This document shows, piece by piece, positions 26,195-35,900 of a DNA stretch of 57,328 bases (position 1 is its first letter; each line of letters opens with the position of its first letter). The notes under the pieces are model-generated. The model was not told the origin of the DNA and searched no databases. It saw nothing but the letters and a program-made list of their open reading frames with translations. The stretch lies in contig JAUCBJ010002418.1 in NCBI GenBank assembly GCA_032718475.1, positions 1 to 57,328 of the forward strand, written 5' to 3'. Origin of the DNA: Nemertoderma westbladi (Eukaryota; Animalia; Xenacoelomorpha). The position numbers and the translations under genes were made by a program.

Positions 26195-26520
26195 TATTAT
26201 AGAAAGGGATCTAGGGGTCTTAACCTCGAATGATAAGTTTATTTTACCGAAAATAACTTATCATTTATTGGCGCAATTGTAGGACTAATCCCATCACATG
26301 CGTACTTTTTAACCAGGTAGTGTACAAATTTAGGAATCGCGTATTTTTTCTTGAAATTAATATCTCATATCTCTCCAAACCACGTACGCGTTTCGACCTT
26401 ACTGGGTCTCATCGGCGTGGTGTCGGATTCGAACCTGGGACCTCGAGGTGGAAGCCGAGACTACAACCACTAGGCCACAGGTTCTTGAGATATGCAGATA
26501 TGGAGTATTAATTTCAAAGC
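26195..26520 (-). mobile_element. tRNA-derived SINE-like element with a hammerhead ribozyme (copy with the Pol III head)
   Basis: Minus strand: A box TGGCCTAGTGG (26467-26477), B box GGTTCGAATCC (~26425-26435), then the hammerhead motif, then a ~190-bp body highly similar to 50198-50382. The candidate TSD GTACAGATATAT (26183-26194 / 26628-26639) would extend the element to 26627. Confidence 0.8.
26380..26420 (-). ncRNA. Minimal type I hammerhead ribozyme (U4C core variant)
   Basis: CCACG-CCGATGA-GACC-cagtaa-GGTC-GAAA-CGCG-TA-CGTGG. The core reads CCGAUGA instead of CUGAUGA. Confidence 0.75.
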
Positions 26521-27099
26521 CAGCTGCCATTTTAATTAATAGACAATAATTAGACAATTAGACAATAATTGTATAATAACAAACACCTCGAAAAATACAG
26601 CTTGCCAACACATTGTTACTATCAATAGTACAGATATATGACAGTCAGACAGTATGAAGCTTGATTAAAAATAACTTAAACAGTCAGACAGTTAATATAG
26701 GCATACGGCAGTAAACAAACATATGGCAGTATGGTCAACCCTATCTGCCTATTGCAGCACTTAAACCAGTAAACAGCCGGCCTACACTGCAGCACTACTG
26801 TCTGACTGTCAAGCTCTCAGAATGTGGCTGAGTGGGTGCTGGTAGGCTGGGGCAGGCAGTGGAGTGTCTACTGACTGACTGATGTACTGCAGTACTGCAT
26901 GCACTGCCAGACTGATGCATGATTTACTGATTTATAGGCCTATAAACGAATTTGGCGGTAAATTTTAGGCGGTTTATTCAAACAGCCTTAAGTATGATGT
27001 AGTGTTACCACAGTACCGTACCGGTGCCGGTACTAAAATACAGAAATACCTGCTTTATACCTACATCTAACTTATACTGTCTCACTGTCTGACTGTTAT

Positions 27100-28221
27100 A
27101 TGATATTCGAGAAATTCCGCAACGATAAACACAACGCTGCAACGGATGCAACCTACAATCTGACAATGACGCCCCCTAACAATAAAGTAAAGGCGAAAAA
27201 AAATATGGCGTCATCGCGAAGACCTGAGATACCGGTACCGGACATGTCAAAGATGATTAGTTGCGACATATGTTCGGGTTTCTTTCTGGATGAAGCAACA
27301 TACGAAAGCCACAATACTCACTGTCAGGGTTCAATCTTCGTAGAACCTCCCAGCGCCTGCAGCCACTGCAACAAATCTGTATCCGGCAACAATTGTTTAG
27401 GCTGCGAAATTTGTGGATCGTGGATCCATGCTGCTTGCCTCAAACTATCAAATGCTGAAATACAAATCCTAGCCAAATGCAAGAACTGTAAAATCGTCTG
27501 TTCTCCCTGCGAGTCTAAAGGAAAACTATCGATAGAGGACGGCACCAGCCCCGGTCCTAAACAACTAGAGTCCATGATATCTAACCTGAAATCTTCTCTA
27601 AAAGACGACTTCGATTTACTTAACAGTGAATTGATATCTCTTCGAAACAACAACAGTAGTTCCAACCATTGGACGACAGTCGACGGAAAGAAAAAGAACA
27701 GCAATAACAGAGTCAACCAGCAGCATCAACCTCTGACGCTTGATGATGTCTCCCGAGAGGTGGGTGAACAGAAAAAGCGGCAGAACAACTTAGTTATTCG
27801 GGGGTTTGCTCTACCCGAAGAATCTTCTGAGGATGTTCAATGCTTGACAACGTTCCTTCAGGATAACTTCGTAGTGGCTGCACCACTGAAAAAAGTACTC
27901 TACAGACGCCCAGCAAGAACGGTCGATGGTGTCGACAAATGTTCCACTGTAATTGTGGAGCTCTCCTCTCTCGAGATCAAGTCCACAATTCTCCGGAAAA
28001 AGTCAACACTGAAAGACTTGGCTTCTGGCATATATATCTCTCAGGACCTCACCCCCCTTCAATCAGAGCAAGCCTATCTACGGCGCAAATCGATCCGTGA
28101 GAATAGGAGACAAAGTACTTCAACCGAACCCCGGCGTTCTACCACCCGCCCAGCACAGAATGACACTGACACAGCTTCTGCTTCTGGTACTAATTCTGTA
28201 CCGGTGCAGGGAAACCAGTAA
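27100..28221 (+). CDS. LINE ORF1 protein (C2H2-like finger, PHD finger, coiled coil, RRM-like C-terminus)
   Basis: CDICSGFFLDEATYESHNTHC; PHD pattern CSHC..CEICGSWIHAAC..CSPC; KRQNNLVIRG and IYISQDLT motifs typical of CR1/L2 ORF1. The true start may be a downstream ATG. Confidence 0.85.
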   Translation: MIFEKFRNDKHNAATDATYNLTMTPPNNKVKAKKNMASSRRPEIPVPDMSKMISCDICSGFFLDEATYESHNTHCQGSIFVEPPSACSHCNKSVSGNNCLGCEICGSWIHAACLKLSNAEIQILAKCKNCKIVCSPCESKGKLSIEDGTSPGPKQLESMISNLKSSLKDDFDLLNSELISLRNNNSSSNHWTTVDGKKKNSNNRVNQQHQPLTLDDVSREVGEQKKRQNNLVIRGFALPEESSEDVQCLTTFLQDNFVVAAPLKKVLYRRPARTVDGVDKCSTVIVELSSLEIKSTILRKKSTLKDLASGIYISQDLTPLQSEQAYLRRKSIRENRRQSTSTEPRRSTTRPAQNDTDTASASGTNSVPVQGNQ

Positions 28222-31058
28222 AGGGAGGTCATCGCCAACCAGCTAACATAACACATGATCAATATTTGAACTGCTGTTGCTTAAATGCCCAGTCTACTAA
28301 GAATAAACTGCCTGATCTCGACGAATTCCTTAGTTCGCGCAGTATCGACGTCCTCGCGGTTACGGAAACCTGGTTAACTGATGCCGTAAACGACTCTGAG
28401 ATTCAGAGTGATCCAAAGTATAAGGTAATCAGAAACGATCGTTCCTCTAAAATCGGCGGCGGTGTTCTTCTGTTGATTAGCGACAAACTGAAATACGCGC
28501 GTGTCGAACTCCTGGATCCCGAATCAGAAATAGAATTTGTTGCTGTTGACATCCTCGGTGTCAACAAATCCCGGTTTATCTGTGCATATCGACCGCCATC
28601 ACGACAACACAATTCTGCGTATGAAAGTAAACTTTGCGACACCCTTCAAACCCTTTGTGACGTCCCCTACCCATGCATTGTCACTGGAGACTTCAATCTC
28701 CCGAGTTGGAACTGGAAAGACCTCAGTCACCCAGATTCAGATCTCTACAATGGATTCGAGACTTTCATCCTTGAAGCGAGTTTAAACCAGGTCCAGTTTG
28801 AACCAACCAGAGGTGCAAATGTTCTCGACTTGGTGTTTACATCCGATGAAGAGTTTGTATCAAATGTCACAGTAGATTTACCCTTCTCTACCAGCGATCA
28901 TTCCATCGTTCTTTTCAATATCATTGACCCAAATTGTAGTTCTGGAAACATGGATGAGCCACCGGGATTCTACGACTTTAGCAATGGCGACTACATAGGT
29001 TTTAATGATTATCTAAGGGAAATAGATTGGAGAGCTATTTATGGTCCATGCATTTCGGTCAACGATTTTTATAATTGTTTTAGCAAACAGCTAAAGGATG
29101 GCATCGATCGGTTTATTCCTTTCAAGGTTTTTACTCGCAAAAGAAAGAAAACGTATCCAAGTTATGTCAGAAAGCTCCAGAAAACAAAACTGCTACTTTG
29201 GCGGCGGCGCAGTACTCCCGGTGGCCTGGAAGCCTACAGACGATCGGCGAAACAGGCGTCTCAGTCAGTGTACCGGGCAACGTGCGAGAAAGAATCGAAA
29301 CTCTTAAACTCCGGCGACTCGAACGCGATCTTCAAATATATTAACTCTAAACGGAAGAAAGCCTCTGGGATCGGCCCTTTGAAGTATCAAGGAGATACGA
29401 TAGTCGATAATGAAAAAAAAGCCGAGATTTTCGCCAAAGTTCTTTCGGAAAACTTCTCGGAAGACAACGGCACAATCCCGACGTTCCTTCGCAAAGTTCC
29501 AGACAACATCGGACTGTCATCGGTCGATCTGAGCCCCATTAGGGTTCTAACTATATTACGCCAGCTGCAGTCGAAGAAAAGTAGATCACCGGATGGTCTG
29601 CCGTCCATTATCTTTGTTAAATTGGCGTGCGCCCTCGCCTCGCCTCTGTCTGTGATATTTAACGTCTCTCTTTCAACCCACACCCTACCGGACATCTGGT
29701 TGACCGCAGACATTATTCCACTGTTCAAGAAGGGGAACCCTGCAGACCCGTACAATTATAGACCCATCAGTCTCACCTGTATATCTTGTAAAATTATGGA
29801 ACGGTGCATAAAAAATGCTATTATTAATTATTTGTCAAGCCATGGAATTATTTCCAAGGCACAGCATGGTTTCCTTCAGCGTAAATCAACCTGTACTCAG
29901 TTATTGGACTGCATTACAGATTGGTACAAATTAGTTGACCGTAAATATAATATTGATATTATTTATATTGATTACGCCAAAGCGTTCGATTCGGTAGTCA
30001 CTTCGAAATTGTTTGCTAAATTAGAAAGTTACGGCTTTACAGGTGATTTATTGTTATGGCTTAAAGCGTTTTTAACAAATAGAAAGCATCGTATTTTAAT
30101 CGGTAACACTTTTTCAGATTATTGTGCTGTTTTATCAGGTACAGTCCAGGGGAGTGTTTTAGGTCCTGTTCTTTTTTTACTATTTATTAACGACTTACCT
30201 GAATTGCTTTCACCTATTGATGTTAAACTTTTTGCTGATGATGTTAAACTCTACGCACCCACCACCGAACGTGACTCTTTAGCCAACGCCCTCAAATTGT
30301 TAGAGACATGGGCAAATGAGTGGCAGCTAGACGTTGCAGCTCATAAATGCACTGTTATACATGTTGGCGCATCAAACAGTAATTTTAATTATATTTTAAA
30401 CGGTAATGTAATTAAGTGCGAAGATTTCTGCAAAGACCTTGGTATTATTGTTAGTGCTGATTTGAAGTTTAATAATTATTGTAAGCAGCAAGTTGCTAAA
30501 GCTTATAGGATGATAAATATGATATTTCGTAACATTAAATCGTGTAATAAATCGGCACTTTTAACGGCCTACAAGTCTATTGTTAGACCGGTTTTAGAGT
30601 ACTGTACCCCTGTTTGGTCGCCCTTCACTAAGTATGGTATAAATTTAGTCGAACGAGTTCAACACTATTTTACACGCAGATTGTATCGTCGGTGCAAATT
30701 AACTTATGTTTCATATTGTGACCGTCTAACCTGCCTGTCTCTACAACCCTTGGAGGTTAGGAGAATTATTTTCGACTTGAAAATGGTGTACCGTATTTTT
30801 CACGGCCTTGTTGACCTTACGTTTAGTAACTACTTTTCACGTGCGCCAGTAAAAGGGCTACGTGGACACAGCTATAAACTTCATATTCCGTATTGCAGAC
30901 TACAACTTTGTAAGAACTCTTTTAACTACCGCACTGTTCCATTCTGGAATTCTTTATCGCAAGATATTGTTGATGCTAAAAACCTACAAATTTTTTCTCG
31001 TAAATTATTAACGTTCGATTTCAAGTCACACTGTTCGGTCGACCATTGGTGCAAATAG
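28194..31058 (+). CDS. LINE ORF2: apurinic-like endonuclease + reverse transcriptase
   Basis: LNAQS, VTETWL, GGGV, YRPP, GDFN and SDH (APE); NYRPISL, DYAKAFD, QGSVLGP and FADD (RT); CR1-type C-terminus LRGHSYKL..WNSL. The frame is open from 28194 and has no ATG until after the APE domain. Confidence 0.95.
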   Translation, partial: FCTGAGKPVKGGHRQPANITHDQYLNCCCLNAQSTKNKLPDLDEFLSSRSIDVLAVTETWLTDAVNDSEIQSDPKYKVIRNDRSSKIGGGVLLLISDKLKYARVELLDPESEIEFVAVDILGVNKSRFICAYRPPSRQHNSAYESKLCDTLQTLCDVPYPCIVTGDFNLPSWNWKDLSHPDSDLYNGFETFILEASLNQVQFEPTRGANVLDLVFTSDEEFVSNVTVDLPFSTSDHSIVLFNIIDPNCSSGNMDEPPGFYDFSNGDYIGFNDYLREIDWRAIYGPCISVNDFYNCFSKQLKDGIDRFIPFKVFTRKRKKTYPSYVRKLQKTKLLLWRRRSTPGGLEAYRRSAKQASQSVYRATCEKESKLLNSGDSNAIFKYINSKRKKASGIGPLKYQGDTIVDNEKKAEIFAKVLSENFSEDNGTIPTFLRKVPDNIGLSSVDLSPIRVLTILRQLQSKKSRSPDGLPSIIFVKLACALASPLSVIFNVSLSTHTLPDIWLTADIIPLFKKGNPADPYNYRPISLTCISCKIMERCIKNAIINYLSSHGIISKAQHGFLQRKSTCTQLLDCITDWYKLVDRKYNIDIIYIDYAKAFDSVVTSKLFAKLESYGFTGDLLLWLKAFLTNRKHRILIGNTFSDYCAVLSGTVQGSVLGPVLFLLFINDLPELLSPIDVKLFADDVKLYAPTTERDSLANALKLLETWANEWQLDVAAHKCTVIHVGASNSNFNYILNGNVIKCEDFCKDLGIIVSADLKFNNYCKQQVAKAYRMINMIFRNIKSCNKSALLTAYKSIVRPVLEYCTPVWSPFTKYGINLVERVQHYFTRRLYRRCKLTYVSYCDRLTCLSLQPLEVRRIIFDLKMVYRIFHGLVDLTFSNYFSRAPVKGLRGHSYKLHIPYCRLQLCKNSFNYRTVPFWNSLSQDIVDAKNLQIFSRKLLTFDFKSHCSVDHWCK

Positions 31059-32994
31059 CCGTTTAACTTTTTACTTATTTATATTATTTTTTAAACTATT
31101 TTTTTTAAGGTTTTGTATCCGTTGTGTGATTGTGTTTGTTATTTTTATTTCATTCCTACCTATTTTATTAAGTAATAACCAATGAAATTATTTTTATCAC
31201 AATATTTATCACTATACTATACTGTATGTACACATATATTTACACTTAATTTATCTTCTTTTAAAACATTTAAATCGCCCCTTTAAGTGCCTCGAGCCTG
31301 GGCGGCGATCTCCCTCGAAAAATTGTCGATTGCTTATATTTAGTATTTCTTAATTCTACTGTATTGGTTATACTATATATATTTTAATGTATGTTATCGT
31401 GTATTAAATATATAATATAAGACAGATTGGCAATGATGTGCAGGACGTTTGTTCAACACGACAAAGTAGCATTTAACAAACAGCTGGAATAAACATGTAT
31501 GATTTATGTTACACAATAACGTGTAAAACAAATGTTAAATAATTACATGATAAAACATGTTACATTTAGGTATCATAAAAACGTGATCAACAAATGTTTG
31601 ATTATAACATGATTGAATATTATGTTATTTAGATGTTAAAATAACATGTTGATTAAAACAAGTTTAGAAAAAAAACATGTCAACATGATTCAAGCATATA
31701 AACGAACGTTTGGTATAATAACGTGTAGCGTGTCTGGTTAGCAGGGTACGGTCTGACGGTACCTGTCTACTGCTGTGACTGGTGTCAGGCAGTAGCGTAT
31801 CGCGTATCCATCCATACTACCGCTACCGGTACAACATCCGGCAGACAGCCATTGTTGTAGTGCCCGGGCTGCCGGGCTACCCCTGCAAAGGCTATGTCAT
31901 ATTATTATGATAATAAATCTAAATTAAATTTCCCACTACAATATACCAGTATACACAACAAACGTCCTTGTGATTGGTTCATAGGCAAGCACCTACGCAA
32001 GAAATTCCTACGCCAAAAGACAATTCTGGCCTACGCGTAAACCTACGCGTAGGCCTACGTATACGCAGTAAAGTCAAACCCGGACTTGGGGGGGGGGGGG
32101 GGGGGGGGGGTCAGAGGAGAATTTCCACAACTTTTAAATTTTACATTGAAATAAAGACCACCCTACTGACCAGCCGTTTGACGGGTGAAAGTTCCTAGCT
32201 GTATTTACATAGGCCTACTGACATAGGCTTCCGTCTGTCCGTAAGCCTAAATGCTGATACTGTGGTATGAGAACCTGACAATAGCATGCGGTGCTGGAAT
32301 CAGGCAGTATACAGGTATAGCAGTACAGCAGTAGCAGTAGGTCCTTAAAATTAACCTTGAGAATGAGATGAACAAAATGTACTTAATACCGGTCCCTATC
32401 CCTACCGGTGTTAAAAAAATGAAACTGTAAACAAGTAAAGTGAAACTCTTCGTACAGTTAATCTAAATCTTATATCATCAGTCTGTCAGTATATTTTTGT
32501 CTTATTGGGTACCGGCAACGGGCACGGGTACAGCGGTACCGGTAATATTGTGTTTTTTGGGGTAATTCGTAGCGTAGGACTGTAGGACCCATTCCTGCAT
32601 TCAGCCAATGTACTGCAGTCAGGCAGTACTGTCAGACTGTCCAGGGTCCAGCTGTCTGACCAGCTGACTGTTATAGGCCTAGCTGCCTAGGTCAGTGCAG
32701 CAGTAGGTCATAGGTAGGCCTATATAAATATATAACAGTACCGTATAATTAAATTTATAACTGGTATTTAACAGTTTTAGACCATGTCAGCATGTAGGAA
32801 GACCTACCGGCGAGCGGCGACCGGTACGCCGGGGCCGGGGCCAGTACCGGCTGACTGCAGGGCTGCCCGCGCCCGGTGCCCGGGGCTGCCGGCTGACCGG
32901 TCTCTGCACTACACCTTAGGGCCGTGTACGGTACAGGCTGACAGGTAGGCCTAATTGCTTTTATCTTCATAATATTGTCATAATCGGGTGGATA

Positions 32995-35900
32995 ATGGAT
33001 ATGACTTGTTTTTACGAAGTGTGTTCTATGTGCCGGAAACGCGTGAAACTAAACTTCTCTATTAGCGACCCCGAAACTGGACAAGCTAAATTCAATCTAT
33101 CATTTTGTTCGCCATCCTGCCAACAGCAATTTAAATCTGAATACTATGGAATATGTCACGTTTGTTCGAAATTCATAGTAATTCCTCAGAAAAGCTCCAG
33201 CAAGGCACTTGCGGCAAGGGGTTATTGTAGTGAAGAATGCGGTAATTTATTTCGTGGCAATAAATGCCAGGGATGCAACAAAGAATTCACCACCCAAAGA
33301 GGAATTATTGGTACTATGAAGCAATACAAGAATGTGCATCAGACAGTTAGGGTGCTCTGCGGTGATGACTGTGATAAGTTTGTTAACTCTGTTTTAAAAT
33401 CTTGTTGTGTCTCTTGTAAATTGCCCTTGGAAGGTCTAAATATTAAACAATTGCTTTGGCGAAAAGCAATTATGTGTTTTTGCACTGATAAGTGCGTTGA
33501 TTGGTACATTCGGTTTATAACTGGGAAATATAGTAACCAGCATATCTCTGGGACTGTGTGTTCATCTTGTAATTGCGTCATAGATGGCGACATGGTACCT
33601 GAATACAGCGATGCTGATGCTGTTTTAGATGGTCGTGCGTTTTGCTCAAGTTCTTGCAGCAAACGGTCAACTAGGAGTACAAGTTTTGTTCAGAAAGACA
33701 TTTCTACTGCTGATATTGCAAACACTGGTATTGCGACGGTTACCGTTATCACTAATTCGGACGGCATTGATATTTCTGAAAACGTCGGCAACATTGATTC
33801 TGTTATCGACACTAGTTCACCAATTCCTCAGCCATTTTATGGATTCGATTGTAATTATTTAGAATTCTTGAATAGGTTTGGAGAAGGGGCAAGTTGTGTG
33901 TGCAAATGTTGGGTTGCTTTGAAAAATGTCGATAATCCAACGGCATTATCTGAAGTTAGTAAGATACCGGTACCCAATCAGATAGAGGTACCTAAACCGG
34001 GAATAGAGGTACCAAAACCGGGGATAGAGGTACCAAAACCGGGGATAGAGGTACCAAAACCGGGGATAGAGGTACCAAAACCGGGGATAGAGGTACCAAT
34101 ACCGGGGATTGAGGTACCTAAACCGGGGATAGAGGTACCAAAACCGGGGATAGAGGTACCAAAACCGGGGATAGAGCAACCAAAACCTCGAACTGCCAAA
34201 GACGCGATTGTAATTGGTCCAAAGAAACAAAATCCAAAACTTGATTTAACTGTTAGTCTATCTAAATACAATCCAAACCATCTAGACCCGCATTCAATTT
34301 CGAATGTCCTACCTCAAATCAATTCACCACAAAATCCTTATTCAACTGACTCATCCGTTCGAGTACCTGTTGCGAAATTCCCGAAATCTCAAAGTCCCAA
34401 CGTTAAACCTTCTAACCTTCGAGAGCCAACATCCGATCTCCTTCCACCTAACCACATCGATACGGTGCATGGGGATGATTTCTTGGACAGGTTAATACCT
34501 ATCGGTGAAATGTTAGAGCCATTAAAGTCTGCCTTGTCGCCCAATCAGAAGAGACCTTATTCTGGAAGTCCAAAATCGATGTTTCCGAAGGTTCGTTTCT
34601 CGGTACCGGATAACGAACCCATTGATTCAGTCAGCAATGCCAATGACACCAACAACAATGATCTCCTAAGGAGTAGACATTGTGTGGTCTCCATCCCCTC
34701 GTTACGTGTTTCAGATCGATTCCCGTCGTATTCGTCCGCAATCATATCATCTTCCCCCTCCACTCCCTTCCACTCATCACGCACTTTCTACTCCAACTCT
34801 CATTCGCTGAGAGACAGAAGCACAGAAGGTGTCCCCGTTGTTAGGTGCACAGAAGGTGCCCCCGTTGTTAGGTTCACAGAAGGTGCCCCCGTTGTTAGGT
34901 GCACAGAAGGTGCCCCCGTTGTTAGGTGCACAGAAGGTGCCCCCGTTGTTAGGTGCACAGAAGGTGCCCCCGTTGTTAGGTGCACAGAAGGTGCCCCCGT
35001 TGTTAGGTGCACAGAAGGTGCCCCCGTTGTTAGTTGCACAGAAGGTGCCCCCTTTGTTAAGTGCACAGAAGGTGCCCCCGTTGTTAGGTGCACAGAAGGT
35101 GTCCCCGTTGTTAGGTGCACAGAAGGTGCCCCCGTTGTTAGGTGCACAGAAGGTGCCCCCGTTGTTAGGTGCACAGAAGGTGCCCCCGTTGTTAGGTGCA
35201 CAGAAGGTGTCCCCGTTGTTAGGTGCACAGAAGGTGCCCCCGTTGTTAGGTGCACAGAAGGTGCCCCCGTTGTTAGGTGCACAGAAGGTGCCCCCGTTGT
35301 TAGGTGCACAGAAGGTGCCCCCGTTGTTAGTTGCACAGAAGATGCCCCCTTTGTTAAGTGCACAGAAGGTACCCCCGTTATTAGGTTCACAGAAGGTGCC
35401 CCCGTAGTTAGGTGCACACAAGGTGCCCCCGTTGTTAAGTGCACAGAAGGTGCCCCCATGGTTAGGTGCACAGCAGGTGCCCCCGTGGTTAGGTGCACAG
35501 AAGGTGCCCCCGTTGTTAGGTGCACAGAAGGTGCCCCCGTTGATAGGTGCACAGAAGGTGCCCCCGTAGTTAGGTGCACAGAAGGTGCCCCCGTTGTTAG
35601 GTGCACAGAAGGTGCCCCCGTTGTTAGGTGCACAGAAGGTGCCCCCGTTGATAGGTGCACAGAAGGTGCCCCCACTGCTAGGTGCACAGAAGTTGCCCCC
35701 ATTGCTAGGTGCACAGAAGGTGCCCCCGTTGTTAGGCGCACAGAAGGTGCCCCCGTTGCTAGGTGTTCTCCTAGACTTGTTTCCTCATCAACACAAACCT
35801 TCCGAGAGATAGAAGAACTTCCGCCCGAACGGCCGCTAGTGAAACTCGTCTCGATATCGACACAAACAGGTGCCGATCTCGAACCCGTGAGCAGATCGTC

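Larger units (their letters stand above)
27095..31420 (+). mobile_element. CR1-clade non-LTR retrotransposon, apparently full length
   Basis: ORF1 (PHD finger) plus ORF2 (APE + RT), followed by an AT-rich 3' UTR ending in TATTAAATATATAATATAA. Exact ends and TSD were not resolved. Confidence 0.9.

Noticed and set aside
26421-26480. Functional tRNA gene
   Set aside because: A and B boxes are present but the acceptor and T stems do not pair; treated as a SINE head.
31430-32620. MITE-like remnants (AACATG-rich tract ending GTTAGCAGGG; CCTACGC repeats)
   Set aside because: Only one plausible terminus each and no TSD, so an element cannot be delimited.
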